From an uncultured Flavobacteriales bacterium (GTDB lineage Bacteria > Bacteroidota > Bacteroidia > Flavobacteriales > BACL11): a stretch of DNA of 64,000 nucleotides. The translations under genes were made by a program, and so were the position numbers. The notes beneath the pieces were generated by a model that was given only the letters and a program-made list of their open reading frames with translations, was not told the origin of the DNA and ran no database searches. The DNA lies in NCBI GenBank assembly GCA_913063045.1, contig CAJXYM010000005.1:25248-89247 (forward strand), given 5' to 3'. Positions 47,374 to 58,371 of this stretch are shown here, one piece after another; positions within the stretch are counted from its first letter, which is position 1; every line of letters starts with the position of its first letter.

Positions 47374-47381
47374 CAAAAATA
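47374..47381 (-). promoter_or_regulatory. -7 promoter box (TATTTTTG on the minus strand) for asd and the downstream carotenoid genes
   Basis: Ends 19 nt upstream of the minus-strand ATG at 47354. Confidence 0.4.
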
Positions 47382-47424
47382 CTATATTTACAATCGCTGA
47401 AAAAGCTTTTATGTTTTTAAATTA

Positions 47425-49173
47425 ATGATTAATAATTCTAAAATGCAGCAAGAGATAAATCAAAAAAATTTAATCAAAGGCCTCCCCTCAGAGCCTGGGG
47501 TCTATCATTTTTATGATCTCAATAATAAGATAATCTATATTGGAAAAGCAAAAAACTTAAAAAAAAGAGTTTCCTCTTACTTTTCAAAAAATCATGATAA
47601 TTTAAAAACCAAGATTCTTGTAAGTAAGATTGTTGATTTAAAATATATTATAGTAGAAACAGAAATCGATGCTCTTTTACTAGAAAATAATTTAATAAAA
47701 AAACACCAACCAAAATATAATATCTTGTTAAAAGACGACAAGTCTTATCCTTGGATTTGTATTAAAAAAGAAGAATTCCCTAGAGTTTTTCAAACAAGAA
47801 AAGTTTTTAAGGATGGGTCTGAATATTACGGACCATATATGTCAACATATGTAGTTAATGTACTACTTAATTTTTTCTCAGAAATATTTTATGATAATGG
47901 GTGGACTCCTTTTTCTTATATCGGAAGAGAAAACAAGCCAGAATCAAAAGAGAAGTATTTAGAAACAATTTCACAAATAAGAAAAATTTTAAAAGGAGAT
48001 ATAAAAAGTGTTATTATATACTTAAGAAATAAAATGATGGTCTGTGCAGAAAAAATGGAGTTTGAAAATGCTCAGAAAATTAAAGAGCAACTAGCACTTT
48101 TAACAAATTATCAGTCAAAATCATCTATAGTTAGTTCAAAAATTAGCAATGTTGATGTATTTTCAATTGTTTCTGATGAGAAACATGCTTTCGTAAACTT
48201 TTTAAAAATAACTAATGGAGCAATTATTCAATCTCATACTGTTGAAGTAAAGAAAAAATTATCTGAAAATAATGAAGATATTCTAATGTTTGCTGTAGCA
48301 GATATTAGAGAAAAATTTAATAGTGTTTCTAATTATATTTACTCCTCTCATAAACTAACAAATATCTGGGAAAAGATTTCCATACTAGTTCCAATAAAAG
48401 GGGAGAAGAAAAAACTTATCGATCTTTCTCTTAGAAATGCTAAATATATGCAACTAGAAAAAAAGAAACGTCTAGCATTAAATCTAGTCAAACAAAAACA
48501 CCCATTAGTTCTAGAAAAATTAAAACAAGATTTACATCTAAAAGATATGCCTGTTCATATTGAATGTTTTGACAATTCAAATTTTCAAGGAACAAACCCT
48601 ACGGCGTCTTGTGTTGTTTTTAAAAATGGTGTTGCAAGTAAAAAAGACTATAGAAAATATAATATAAAAACAGTGACAGGTCCTGATGATTACGCTTCAA
48701 TGGAGGAAATAGTTTTCAGAAGGTATTCTAGACTATTAAATGAAAAAAAGAAATTACCTCAATTAATTGTTATTGATGGAGGTAAGGGACAATTAAGCTC
48801 AGCTATTAAAAGTTTGAAGAAGTTAAAAATAGAGGGGAAAATTGCAATAATTGGAATTGCAAAAAGACTTGAAGAAATATATTTTCCTAACGACAGTATT
48901 CCAATATACTTAGATAAAAGGTCTTTAAGTCTTAAAATAATTCAACAATTAAGAAATGAAGCTCATAGATTTGCTATTAATCACCATAGAGCAAAAAGAT
49001 CTGAGAATAACTTATCTACATCTCTTGATAAAATATTAGGGATAGGGCCTAAAACTGTAGAAAAATTATTACAAAAATTTGGTTCCTATGAAAACTTAAT
49101 GAAAAGCAAAATTAAAGATGTTGAAAGTCTAATTGGACATCAAAAAACACAAAAAATATTTAACAATAAATAA
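47425..49173 (+). CDS. uvrC: Excinuclease ABC subunit C
   Basis: GIY-YIG domain (PGVYHFYDLNNKIIYIGKAKNLKKRVSSYF), UVR domain (MEFENAQKIKEQL), endonuclease domain (IECFDNSNFQG) and HhH tail (ILGIGPKTVEKLL). An alternative start is ATG 47443. Confidence 0.9.
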   Translation: MINNSKMQQEINQKNLIKGLPSEPGVYHFYDLNNKIIYIGKAKNLKKRVSSYFSKNHDNLKTKILVSKIVDLKYIIVETEIDALLLENNLIKKHQPKYNILLKDDKSYPWICIKKEEFPRVFQTRKVFKDGSEYYGPYMSTYVVNVLLNFFSEIFYDNGWTPFSYIGRENKPESKEKYLETISQIRKILKGDIKSVIIYLRNKMMVCAEKMEFENAQKIKEQLALLTNYQSKSSIVSSKISNVDVFSIVSDEKHAFVNFLKITNGAIIQSHTVEVKKKLSENNEDILMFAVADIREKFNSVSNYIYSSHKLTNIWEKISILVPIKGEKKKLIDLSLRNAKYMQLEKKKRLALNLVKQKHPLVLEKLKQDLHLKDMPVHIECFDNSNFQGTNPTASCVVFKNGVASKKDYRKYNIKTVTGPDDYASMEEIVFRRYSRLLNEKKKLPQLIVIDGGKGQLSSAIKSLKKLKIEGKIAIIGIAKRLEEIYFPNDSIPIYLDKRSLSLKIIQQLRNEAHRFAINHHRAKRSENNLSTSLDKILGIGPKTVEKLLQKFGSYENLMKSKIKDVESLIGHQKTQKIFNNK

Positions 49174-49182
49174 TTTCATTTT

Positions 49183-50688
49183 TTAATTTTCTTTTTTCAT
49201 TTGTGGGAAAAACAAAACATCTTGAATAGAGTTGCTATTTGTCATTATCATTGCAAGACGATCAATACCAATACCTAGCCCAGCAGTTGGGGGCATACCG
49301 TACTCTAAAGATCTTAAAAAATCTTCATCTAATTGCATTGCTTCTTCATCTCCTCTTTTAGCTAACTCGAGCTGATCTTTAAATCTTTCTCTTTGGTCTA
49401 TAGGGTCGTTTAATTCTGAAAAAGCATTACAGATTTCTTTTCCATTACAAACCGCCTCGAACCGCTCAACAAGCCCCTCTTTGCTTCTATGTTTTTTAGC
49501 TAATGGTGACATTTCAATTGGATAATCGGTTATAAACGTTGGTTGAATTAACTTAGACTCACAGAACTCTCCAAATATTTCATCGATAAGCTTACCTCTA
49601 CCCATGCTTGAATCAATCTGTACACCAAGTTGCTTAGCAGTAGTAGCAAGTTCACTTTCATTCATTTTAGAAATATCAATTTTAGTAAAATTTTCAATAG
49701 CTTCATACATGGTGTATCTCTTCCAGGGTCTTTTAAAGTTAATAAGGTTATCCCCTACCTGAACCTCAGTTTTACCATGAATATCAAGAGCGATTTTTTC
49801 AACCATTTCTTCAACTAAGTCCATCATCCAATTATAGTCTTTGTAAGCAACATAAAGCTCCATTTGAGTGAATTCAGGGTTGTGAAAACGACTCATTCCC
49901 TCATTTCTAAAATCTTTAGAAAATTCATAAACACCGTCAAAACCACCTACAATTAATCTTTTTAAATACAACTCATTAGCAATTCTTAAATACAAATCCA
50001 TATCTAAGGTGTTGTGATGGGTTTTAAAAGGTCGTGCAGAGGCTCCTCCGTAAATAGGTTGAAGAATTGGTGTTTCTACTTCTAAATAACCATTACTATT
50101 AAGATATTCTCTCATAGAATTAGTAAGCTTTGTTCTCTGAATAAACGCTTTCTTTACTCCTGTGTTAACAATAAGGTCTACATAACGCTGTCTATATCTT
50201 TTTTCAGGGCTAGTAAACGCGTCAAACAAATTTCCATCCGCATCTGTTTTAGGTAAAGGTAAAGGTCGTAGTGACTTTGAAAGTACTTTTAGAGATTTAA
50301 CCATAATTGAAATCTCTCCAACCTTTGTGATAAAAACATTACCCGTAACACCAATTATATCTCCTATATCTAAAAGTCGTTTAAAGACCTGATTATACAT
50401 CGTTTTATCCTCTCCCTCACACATTTCGTCTCTATTAACATAGAGCTGAATTTTACCATGGGAATCTTGAAGTTCAACAAATGAGGCTTTACCCATTATT
50501 CTTCTACTCATTATCCTTCCGGCAATTGATACGGGTAAAACATCTCCCTCTTTAAAGTTTTTCTTGATATTTTGTGAGCTATTATTTACATCGAATAGCT
50601 CAGCTGGATAGCTATTAATACCTAAATCAGAAAGTTTTTTTAAAGAATCTCTTCTAACTAATTCTTGCTCTGAAAAATCTTTAGACAT
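49183..50688 (-). CDS. lysS: Lysine--tRNA ligase (class II)
   Basis: OB-fold N-domain and class II motifs ([31 protein letters not shown]). Confidence 0.95.
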   Translation of the reverse strand: MSKDFSEQELVRRDSLKKLSDLGINSYPAELFDVNNSSQNIKKNFKEGDVLPVSIAGRIMSRRIMGKASFVELQDSHGKIQLYVNRDEMCEGEDKTMYNQVFKRLLDIGDIIGVTGNVFITKVGEISIMVKSLKVLSKSLRPLPLPKTDADGNLFDAFTSPEKRYRQRYVDLIVNTGVKKAFIQRTKLTNSMREYLNSNGYLEVETPILQPIYGGASARPFKTHHNTLDMDLYLRIANELYLKRLIVGGFDGVYEFSKDFRNEGMSRFHNPEFTQMELYVAYKDYNWMMDLVEEMVEKIALDIHGKTEVQVGDNLINFKRPWKRYTMYEAIENFTKIDISKMNESELATTAKQLGVQIDSSMGRGKLIDEIFGEFCESKLIQPTFITDYPIEMSPLAKKHRSKEGLVERFEAVCNGKEICNAFSELNDPIDQRERFKDQLELAKRGDEEAMQLDEDFLRSLEYGMPPTAGLGIGIDRLAMIMTNSNSIQDVLFFPQMKKEN

Positions 50689-50767
50689 TTTGTTTTTTTT
50701 GTAAAGATATAAATTTCTTGTTCCTATTATTTTGTATTATTGAGTTCTTTTTAAAACAACATAAATT

Positions 50768-51757
50768 ATGAAAATGAATGATTATATAGAAGGCTTTACT
50801 ACTCAATTAAAAGAAGCAATATCTATTGGTGAAAAAGCGTCTTTAAAAGTTTCAGATAAGAAAATTACAAATGTTCTTATCTGCGGTTTAGGTGGAAGCG
50901 GAATTGGTGGGTCAATAGTTGCAGATATTGTTTCTGGGCAAATATTAGTTCCTATTAGCTATTCAAAAGACTACAGTATACCTAATTATGTTGATGAAAA
51001 CACTCTTGTAATAGGATCTTCTTACTCTGGAAACACTGAAGAAACTCTTGAAGCTTTAGATGAGTGTCTAAAGAGAAAAGCTGAAGTTGCAATTATAACT
51101 TCCGGAGGGAAACTTATATCAATTGCTAAAAAAAATAATTTAAACCATATAGTCATCCCTGGCGGAAATCCACCTAGAGCAATGTTTGCTTATTCATTTA
51201 CTCAGTTATTTTTTATACTTAAACACTATAAAATAATAAACAGTGATTTTATAAATAATTTTATAAAAGGAATTAATCTTCTGGATAAAGAAAAAGAAAA
51301 CATCAAACAACAAGCGAAAGATCTAGCAAAAAAAATATTTAAAAAAACACCTGTTATTTATGTTGCGAATGGAGGAGAAGGAGTAGCTATTAGATTTAGA
51401 CAACAATTAAATGAAAATAGTAAAGTCCTTTGTTGGCATCATGTAGTGCCTGAAATGAATCACAATGAGTTGCTCGGCTGGAGAACAAATACAGAGAACC
51501 TTGCTGTTATATATCTTAGAAATAAATCTGATTATATCAGAAATCAGAAACGTATGGATATTAACAAAGAGGTAATATCTAAGTATACAGATAATATTTC
51601 TGATATTTGGAGCATGGGTGATTCTGCGTTAGAAAATAGTTTATACTTGATTAATTTTGGTGACTGGGTTTCTTGGTATTTATCTGAACTAAATAATGTA
51701 GATGCAATTGAAATAGACGTTATTAATTTTCTTAAAGACAAACTTTCTAAGTTCTAA
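50768..51757 (+). CDS. Bifunctional phosphoglucose/phosphomannose isomerase (SIS domain)
   Basis: 329 aa with GLGGSGIGG and SYSGNTEETL SIS motifs. Confidence 0.75.
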   Translation: MKMNDYIEGFTTQLKEAISIGEKASLKVSDKKITNVLICGLGGSGIGGSIVADIVSGQILVPISYSKDYSIPNYVDENTLVIGSSYSGNTEETLEALDECLKRKAEVAIITSGGKLISIAKKNNLNHIVIPGGNPPRAMFAYSFTQLFFILKHYKIINSDFINNFIKGINLLDKEKENIKQQAKDLAKKIFKKTPVIYVANGGEGVAIRFRQQLNENSKVLCWHHVVPEMNHNELLGWRTNTENLAVIYLRNKSDYIRNQKRMDINKEVISKYTDNISDIWSMGDSALENSLYLINFGDWVSWYLSELNNVDAIEIDVINFLKDKLSKF

Positions 51758-51763
51758 TTATAT

Positions 51764-52459
51764 ATGTCAAAAGTTAAATTTATCGATCTTGGTAATATCA
51801 AATATAAAAAAGCCTGGGAATACCAAGAAAAACTCTTTAATAATACTATTAAATTAAAGTCAGAGAACAGAAAAAAAGAACAGAAAATACAAACTGAAAA
51901 TTATTTAATCTTCTGTGAGCACCCTCATGTATATACTTTAGGGAAAAGTGGTGACAGTAACAACCTACTGGTTGATGAAAAATTTCTAAAATCTAGAAAT
52001 GCTGAATTTGTAAAAACAAATAGAGGTGGTGATATAACCTATCATGGACCTGGACAAATAGTAGGATATCCCATTTTAGACTTAGATAATTTCTTTACTG
52101 ATATTCATAAGTACCTAAGATTTTTAGAAGAGGCCGTTATTCTAACTCTTGATGAATATGGAGTAAAAGGCGAAAGATCAAATGGGGAAACAGGTGTCTG
52201 GATTGAAAAAGGCACGGAAAATGCTAGAAAGATATGTGCAATAGGCGTAAAAACGAGTAGATGGGTAACTATGCATGGATTTGCTTTTAATATAAATAGT
52301 GATCTTTCTTATTTTGGAAATATAATTCCTTGTGGTATAGTTGATAAAAAAGTCACTTCCTTAGAGAAAGAACTTGGAATAAAAATAAATATAGAAACTG
52401 TTAAAAAACAATTAAAAATTCATTTAAGTAATGTTTTTGAGATGGATTTAGTTGATTAA
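51764..52459 (+). CDS. lipB: Octanoyltransferase
   Basis: RGGDITYHGPGQIVGYPI and the KICAIGV catalytic region. Confidence 0.9.
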   Translation: MSKVKFIDLGNIKYKKAWEYQEKLFNNTIKLKSENRKKEQKIQTENYLIFCEHPHVYTLGKSGDSNNLLVDEKFLKSRNAEFVKTNRGGDITYHGPGQIVGYPILDLDNFFTDIHKYLRFLEEAVILTLDEYGVKGERSNGETGVWIEKGTENARKICAIGVKTSRWVTMHGFAFNINSDLSYFGNIIPCGIVDKKVTSLEKELGIKINIETVKKQLKIHLSNVFEMDLVD

Positions 52460-52469
52460 AATGAATGTA

Positions 52470-52477
52470 TAACTTTG
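52470..52477 (+). promoter_or_regulatory. -7 promoter box (TAACTTTG)
   Basis: Ends 43 nt upstream of ATG 52521. Confidence 0.3.
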
Positions 52478-52520
52478 AAATAAATAAAAAGTTTATTTTT
52501 AACAAACGATAAAAATTATT

Positions 52521-54317
52521 ATGGTAGAAAAACTATTGGAATTTAAAAATTTAGTTACAGAATTTCACACAGAGGGAAAAACTGTAAAAGCTGTAAACGA
52601 TATAAGTTTTTGCTTAAATAAAGGAGAAACAATTGGGATTGTCGGAGAATCTGGTTCTGGAAAATCTGTTACCTCGTTATCAGCAATGAGATTAATTCCA
52701 TCACCCCCAGGAGTAATTAGTGGAGGAGAAATAATATTTCATCAAAAAAACCTTCCTCCAGTTGATTTACTTTCATTATCAGAAGAAGACATGAGAAAAT
52801 TTAGAGGTAATGATATTGCTATGATTTTTCAAGAACCAATGACATCACTTAATCCTGTTTTTACATGCGGAGATCAAGTTTTAGAAGCAATAATGTTGCA
52901 TCAAAAATTAAATAAAAATGATGCAAAAGAATTAACAATAGAATTATTTAAACAAGTTCAACTTCCTGACCCTGAAAGAATCTATAGTACCTACCCACAC
53001 CAAATATCTGGGGGTCAAAAACAAAGGGTTATGATTGCTATGGCAATGAGCTGCCAACCATCTGTTTTAATTGCAGACGAACCAACTACCGCGCTAGATG
53101 TTACTGTCCAAAAAACAATTCTTCACTTAATGAAGGATTTACAACAAAAACATGAAATGGGGATTATGTTTATCACTCATGACTTAGGTGTAATTGCAGA
53201 ATTAGCAGATAAAGTTGTTGTTATGTACAAAGGAAAAATTGTTGAGCAAGGGAATGTCTGGGAAATTTTTACAAACCCACAACACCCATATACAAAAGGA
53301 TTATTAGCGTGTAGACCTCCATTAGATAAGAGGTATACTTTTTTGCCCACTGTTTCAGATTTTATGCAAATAGACGAGTCTGGAAAAATAGTAGATAATA
53401 ATATTTCAGTTGAAGATTTTACAAAAAAATTAATTATTTCTGAAAGTACTAGAAAACAAAAACAAGAAAAACTGTTTAAGAACGAACCAGTTTTAAAGAT
53501 AAAAAATCTTAAAACATACTTTCCTATAAGAAACGGTTTTTTTGGTGGTATAAGCAGTCATGTTAAAGCTGTAGATGATGTATGTTTTGAAGTATACCCA
53601 GGAGAAACACTTGGTCTAGTTGGAGAATCTGGATGCGGTAAAACAACAATAGGAAGAACAATTTTAAGACTTGAAGAACCAACAAGTGGTGAAATGATTT
53701 ATAAGGGTCAGGATATTTCTTTAATGACTGCTGAGGAATTACGTCTTTTTAGAAAAGAAGTGCAAATAATTTTTCAAGACCCATACTCTTCTTTAAATCC
53801 AAGAATGACAATTGGTAATGCAATTATGGAACCTATGCAGGTTCATAAAATTCTTAAGTCTGATGTTGAAAGAAAAAAAAGAGTAGAAGAACTTTTAGAA
53901 AGAGTAAATTTAGACCCCACCCACTTTTACAGGTATCCACATGAATTTTCTGGAGGACAAAGACAAAGAATTGGTATCGCTAGAGCGTTAGCTGTTAATC
54001 CAAAGTTTATAATCTGTGATGAATCTGTTTCAGCACTAGATGTTTCTGTTCAGGCTCAGGTTCTGAATCTTTTAAACGAATTAAAAGATGAGTTTGGACT
54101 AACATATATTTTTATTTCCCATGACCTTTCAGTTGTTAAGTATATGAGTGATAGAATGGTTGTTATGCAGGAGGGAAAGATTGAGGAGATGGGAGATGCT
54201 GATCAAATTTATAATAATCCAAAAACTAAATATACTCAGAAGTTAATTGATGCTGTTCCTGAGGGTAAAATTGAAGATATTAAAAAACATCTTGAATCAA
54301 AAGGAGTTATTGTTTAA
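52521..54317 (+). CDS. Tandem-domain ABC ATPase (Dpp/Opp D-F fusion type)
   Basis: Two full ABC cassettes (GESGSGKS / ISGGQKQR / [11 protein letters not shown] and GESGCGKT / FSGGQRQR / [11 protein letters not shown]). No permease or binding-protein gene is adjacent. Confidence 0.85.
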   Translation: MVEKLLEFKNLVTEFHTEGKTVKAVNDISFCLNKGETIGIVGESGSGKSVTSLSAMRLIPSPPGVISGGEIIFHQKNLPPVDLLSLSEEDMRKFRGNDIAMIFQEPMTSLNPVFTCGDQVLEAIMLHQKLNKNDAKELTIELFKQVQLPDPERIYSTYPHQISGGQKQRVMIAMAMSCQPSVLIADEPTTALDVTVQKTILHLMKDLQQKHEMGIMFITHDLGVIAELADKVVVMYKGKIVEQGNVWEIFTNPQHPYTKGLLACRPPLDKRYTFLPTVSDFMQIDESGKIVDNNISVEDFTKKLIISESTRKQKQEKLFKNEPVLKIKNLKTYFPIRNGFFGGISSHVKAVDDVCFEVYPGETLGLVGESGCGKTTIGRTILRLEEPTSGEMIYKGQDISLMTAEELRLFRKEVQIIFQDPYSSLNPRMTIGNAIMEPMQVHKILKSDVERKKRVEELLERVNLDPTHFYRYPHEFSGGQRQRIGIARALAVNPKFIICDESVSALDVSVQAQVLNLLNELKDEFGLTYIFISHDLSVVKYMSDRMVVMQEGKIEEMGDADQIYNNPKTKYTQKLIDAVPEGKIEDIKKHLESKGVIV

Positions 54318-54970
54318 AATTTCATCTCAGGAATATCTCCATTAATAATAAGATTAGCATCAGTAGATTTTACTATGTCGCTTACACTTACTCCCGGAGC
54401 TCTTTCAAGCAAAACAAATCCTTCCGGAGAAACCTCTATTACGGCTAAATCTGAAACAATTTTGCTAATACAATTAATACCTGTTATAGGTAAGGAACAC
54501 TTTTTAAGCAATTTACTTTTTCCGCTTCGATTAGTATGAGTCATTGCTACAATAATATTATCAGAAGAAGCAACAAGATCCATAGCTCCTCCCATTCCTT
54601 TTACCATTTTTCCAGGAATTTTCCAATTGGCAATATCTCCATTTTCAGAAACTTCCATAGCACCTAAAACTGTTAATTGAATATGTCTTCCTCTAATCAT
54701 TGCAAAAGATATTGCTGAGTCAAATATTGCTGCTCCGGGCATTGTTGTAATTGTTTGCTTACCTGCATTAATTAAGTCTGCGTCTTCATTTCCTGAAATA
54801 GGAAAAGGCCCCATTCCTAAAACACCATTTTCAGACTGAAACTCAACGTTTATATTTGCCGGAATATAATTAGCTACCAATGTTGGTATACCAATACCTA
54901 GATTTACATATGTATTATTTTTAAGCTCTTGAGCTATTCGCTGTGCTATTCCTTTTTTGTCTAAAGCCAT
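54314..54970 (-). CDS. scoB: 3-oxoacid CoA-transferase subunit B
   Basis: The catalytic Glu motif FQSENGVLGMGP. 218 aa. Confidence 0.85.
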   Translation of the reverse strand: MALDKKGIAQRIAQELKNNTYVNLGIGIPTLVANYIPANINVEFQSENGVLGMGPFPISGNEDADLINAGKQTITTMPGAAIFDSAISFAMIRGRHIQLTVLGAMEVSENGDIANWKIPGKMVKGMGGAMDLVASSDNIIVAMTHTNRSGKSKLLKKCSLPITGINCISKIVSDLAVIEVSPEGFVLLERAPGVSVSDIVKSTDANLIINGDIPEMKF

Positions 54971-55665
54971 TATTTTCTTACAGTTCTATTTTCTATTCTT
55001 TTTTCAAAAATCTCTCCCTTAATAATTCTTTGAACAAATATTCCTGGAGTATGAATTTGGTTAGGGTCTAGCTCGCCTAAAGGAACTAACTCTTCAACTT
55101 CTGCTACAGTAATTTTACCGGCCATAGCCATTAAAGGGTTAAAATTTCTTGCTGTTCCTTTATAGATAAGATTTCCAGCACAATCTCCTTTCCAAGCTTT
55201 TACAAAAGCAAAATCAGCAACAAGAGCATGTTCCAATATATGAGGTTTCCCGTTAAAATCTCTTTCTTCTTTTCCAATAGCTACCTCCGTTCCAAATCCT
55301 GCTGGGGTATAGAATGCTGGTATGCCAGCACCTCCAGCTCTACATCTCTCAGCAAGACTACCTTGAGGAATCAAATCTACATCTAACTCTCCACTAAGCA
55401 TCTGTCTTTCAAATTCAACATTTTCTCCAACATAAGAAGAAATCATTTTTTTTATTTGCTTTCTTTTTAACAACAATCCCAAACCAAATTCATCTATACC
55501 TGCGTTATTAGAAATACATATTAAATTATTAATTTCTTTTTTTGATAAAGCCATAATAGAGTTTTCCGCAATGCCACACAAACCAAAACCACCAAACATT
55601 AGTGTCATTCCGCTTTGAACTCCCATAATAGCTTCTGAGATATTTTTAACTTCTTTATTAATCAT
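54970..55665 (-). CDS. scoA: 3-oxoacid CoA-transferase subunit A
   Basis: 231 aa with [13 protein letters not shown] and ISNNAG motifs. Its stop codon overlaps the subunit B start by 1 nt. Confidence 0.85.
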   Translation of the reverse strand: MINKEVKNISEAIMGVQSGMTLMFGGFGLCGIAENSIMALSKKEINNLICISNNAGIDEFGLGLLLKRKQIKKMISSYVGENVEFERQMLSGELDVDLIPQGSLAERCRAGGAGIPAFYTPAGFGTEVAIGKEERDFNGKPHILEHALVADFAFVKAWKGDCAGNLIYKGTARNFNPLMAMAGKITVAEVEELVPLGELDPNQIHTPGIFVQRIIKGEIFEKRIENRTVRK

Positions 55666-55667
55666 AT

Positions 55668-57911
55668 TTAAAACTCTTCTTCATTAAAAATTGTATTTGA
55701 TTCGTCACATTCTAATGATAAATCAATAGTTCTAGAAATATCAAATTTTTCTGGAAAAACTTTTGAAACACTTGTATCTGAGTATACTCTTTGCATATAT
55801 TCCGCAAAAATTGGCAGAGCCATATTAGCCCCTTGACCATTTTGTATGTCTCTAAAATGAACACTTCTGTCTTCACACCCAGCCCAAACACCTGTAACTA
55901 GATTTGGTGTTATTCCCATAAACCATCCGTCAGATTGATTCTGTGTTGTTCCTGTTTTTCCACCTATTTCATTCTTAAAACCATATTTATATCTTAGTCG
56001 TATTCCTGTTCCTGTTCTTTTTTTTGCTGTTGGACTATAAACACCATCAACAACACCTTGAAGTAATCTAACCATAATATCAGCTGTTTTTTCACTCATC
56101 GCTTCAACAGACTTAGGGGTAAAATCTTCAATAATAACACCATTTTTATCTTCAATCCTACTGATAAAGATGGGTTCTACCCAAACACCTTTATTTGCAA
56201 ATGTAGAATAAGCCCCAACCATTTCATAGACAGACAAATCAAATGTACCCAAGCATAAAGAAGGTACGGCTAATATTTTACTTTGAATTCCTATCTTTCG
56301 AGCAAGATCAACAACAGCATGTGGCCCAAATTGTTTCATGATATATGCAGTAATTGTGTTAATTGAGTTAGCAAGTCCATATTTTAAGGTTAGTGTTAAG
56401 CCTTCTAAATCTTCACCACCAGAATTTTTAGGAACCCAATCTTTTTCAAGCCTCCATTTATATTTATCAAAAACAACAGGAACGTTAGGAACTTCATAGC
56501 ACGGGGAGTACCCTTCTTGAATTGCTAAAGAATACAAAAAAGGCTTAAAGGTTGATCCGACTTGCCTTTTCCCTTGAGTAACATGGTCGTATTGAAAGTT
56601 TTCATAATTAATACCCCCAACATATGCCTTAACATGACCAGATCCTGGCTCCATACTCATCATGCCTGAGTGAATAAAATACTTACTATAAAGCAAAGAG
56701 TCCATAGGAGAGAGAGTGGTGTCTATTCTACCGTTCCAAGAAAACAGGGACATTGGAACTTTTTTATTAAATATTTCTTTTATTTTATCTTTATCTACAC
56801 CATAAGATTTAAGTCTTTTGTATCTGTCTGATCTTTTCATAGACTGAGATAATAAAAGTTCAATCTGTTCGGGCTCAAAATCTTCTGGAAATGGAGCGTT
56901 TGGTTGTCCATCCCAATGTTTATAAAAGTCTTTTTGAAGACTTGACATATGAACAACAGTAGCCTCTTCTGCAAACCTTTGAAGTCTAGAATCAATAGTC
57001 GTGTAAATCTTTAAACCGTCTGTATATAGGTTGTAATTTTCACCATCGGATTTATAGTTTTCCTTACACCAAGACTTCATTTTATTACGCAGAAATTCCC
57101 GAAAATAAGGGGCAAGACCTTGTGTGTGACTTTCTTTTTTAAAATCTAACTTAATAGGCTGGGGAAGTAATTGATTATAAACTGAATCTGATATAAAATC
57201 ATATTTTCTCATCTGAGAAAGCACAATATTTCTTCTTTTTTCAGTTATCTCTATCCTTCTATTAGGATTAAAAAGGGATGGGTTTTTTAACATCCCAACT
57301 AACATTGCGCTTTCATTTATACTTAAACTATCAACTTCTTTATTAAAATAAACTTTTGATGCTGATTTAATACCTACTGCATTGTTTACCCAGTCAAACC
57401 TATTTAGGTACATAACTAAAATTTCATCCTTAGTGTACCTTCTTTCTAACTGAGCTGATATTATCCACTCTTTCAACTTTTGTTTTAGCCTATCAAAACC
57501 AGAGGCTGGTTTTTTAGTAAAAAGCATTTTTGATAGCTGCTGTGTAATTGTACTCGCTCCTCCTGAATTACTCGAAAAAAACACACCTATAGCTGCTCGA
57601 ACTAACGCTCTAAAATCTATGCCTGAATGCTCTCTATATCTAATATCCTCTGTAGCTAAAAGTGCGTTAATAAAATGCACGGGTATTTGCTTTTTCTTAA
57701 CAAGGCTACGATTTTCATAAAAATACTTTCCTAAAACAACACTATCAGAAGAAACAATCTCTGTGGCCCAATTATTTTCAGGATTTTCTAATTGGCTAAA
57801 TGTTGGAAGCTCCCCAAAAAAGCCAAAAGCGGTAAGACTCATGATTAAATAAATTAAAAAAATAGGACTTAAAATAATAAGCCATATAGATATCTGCTTT
57901 CTTTTATTCAT
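55668..57911 (-). CDS. mrcA: Penicillin-binding protein 1A (bifunctional transglycosylase/transpeptidase)
   Basis: GT51 motifs ([24 protein letters not shown]) and transpeptidase motifs (STFKPF, SIN, KTGTT). Confidence 0.9.
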   Translation of the reverse strand: MNKRKQISIWLIILSPIFLIYLIMSLTAFGFFGELPTFSQLENPENNWATEIVSSDSVVLGKYFYENRSLVKKKQIPVHFINALLATEDIRYREHSGIDFRALVRAAIGVFFSSNSGGASTITQQLSKMLFTKKPASGFDRLKQKLKEWIISAQLERRYTKDEILVMYLNRFDWVNNAVGIKSASKVYFNKEVDSLSINESAMLVGMLKNPSLFNPNRRIEITEKRRNIVLSQMRKYDFISDSVYNQLLPQPIKLDFKKESHTQGLAPYFREFLRNKMKSWCKENYKSDGENYNLYTDGLKIYTTIDSRLQRFAEEATVVHMSSLQKDFYKHWDGQPNAPFPEDFEPEQIELLLSQSMKRSDRYKRLKSYGVDKDKIKEIFNKKVPMSLFSWNGRIDTTLSPMDSLLYSKYFIHSGMMSMEPGSGHVKAYVGGINYENFQYDHVTQGKRQVGSTFKPFLYSLAIQEGYSPCYEVPNVPVVFDKYKWRLEKDWVPKNSGGEDLEGLTLTLKYGLANSINTITAYIMKQFGPHAVVDLARKIGIQSKILAVPSLCLGTFDLSVYEMVGAYSTFANKGVWVEPIFISRIEDKNGVIIEDFTPKSVEAMSEKTADIMVRLLQGVVDGVYSPTAKKRTGTGIRLRYKYGFKNEIGGKTGTTQNQSDGWFMGITPNLVTGVWAGCEDRSVHFRDIQNGQGANMALPIFAEYMQRVYSDTSVSKVFPEKFDISRTIDLSLECDESNTIFNEEEF

Positions 57912-58368
57912 CCAACTCTATAATAGAAATGCCAATTGATAAAATAGATGATAGGTTTTGTATTTTATTTTTATTACCATACCTCATTGCTTGTTCAATG
58001 CTTATATTTTGTTTTTTATTTTGGAAAATAATTTTATCATTTAATTCTATATTAACTTTTCTAATATCTCCAATCCCCTTTCCCAACCATCTCCCATTTT
58101 TCCGACAAAGACTTATATCAAGCGTATCGATTTTTCCACCATAATAGACAAATAAAAGGAGGTTTTGAAAATCATAATCAATATCATGGCGAACTTGAAT
58201 ACTTAGTGACTGAGCATTAACAGTATCTTCAGTATATACATCAAAAGAAACTATAGAATCGCTATTCCATGTCCCATCCTCAAAAATAAAAAAATTTTGT
58301 TTTTTTTCTACTAGAAAACAAGAAGTGACACAACAAATAGCCAGCATTAAAAAGATAATCTCTCGCAT
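57904..58368 (-). CDS. gldH: Gliding motility lipoprotein GldH
   Basis: 154 aa with lipobox VTSC and the pattern W..D....F......QSLSIQVRHDIDYDFQNLLLFV...GRWLGKGIGD, characteristic of GldH. Confidence 0.7.
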   Translation of the reverse strand: MREIIFLMLAICCVTSCFLVEKKQNFFIFEDGTWNSDSIVSFDVYTEDTVNAQSLSIQVRHDIDYDFQNLLLFVYYGGKIDTLDISLCRKNGRWLGKGIGDIRKVNIELNDKIIFQNKKQNISIEQAMRYGNKNKIQNLSSILSIGISIIELDE

Positions 58369-58371
58369 TAT

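Noticed and set aside
45709-47400. Antisense ORFs of 108 aa (45709-46035, opposite the crtD-like gene) and 129 aa (47011-47400, opposite asd), plus an alternative-frame same-strand ORF of 71 aa (46742-46957, inside asd).
   Set aside because: All are embedded in genes with clear family motifs on the minus strand, and none has independent start or promoter signals. The same reasoning applies to the other short embedded ORFs in the track, both antisense and alternative-frame: 6999-7226, 7750-8010, 8188-8385, 8804-8992, 10766-10954, 13045-13242, 14024-14245, 15199-15435, 19359-19574, 19669-19926, 23864-24121, 26105-26311, 27754-27969, 29240-29455, 29514-29696, 33792-33983, 40620-40883, 41742-42050, 44260-44442, 49630-49818, 51544-51741, 57929-58144, 63298-63522 and 63700-63930.
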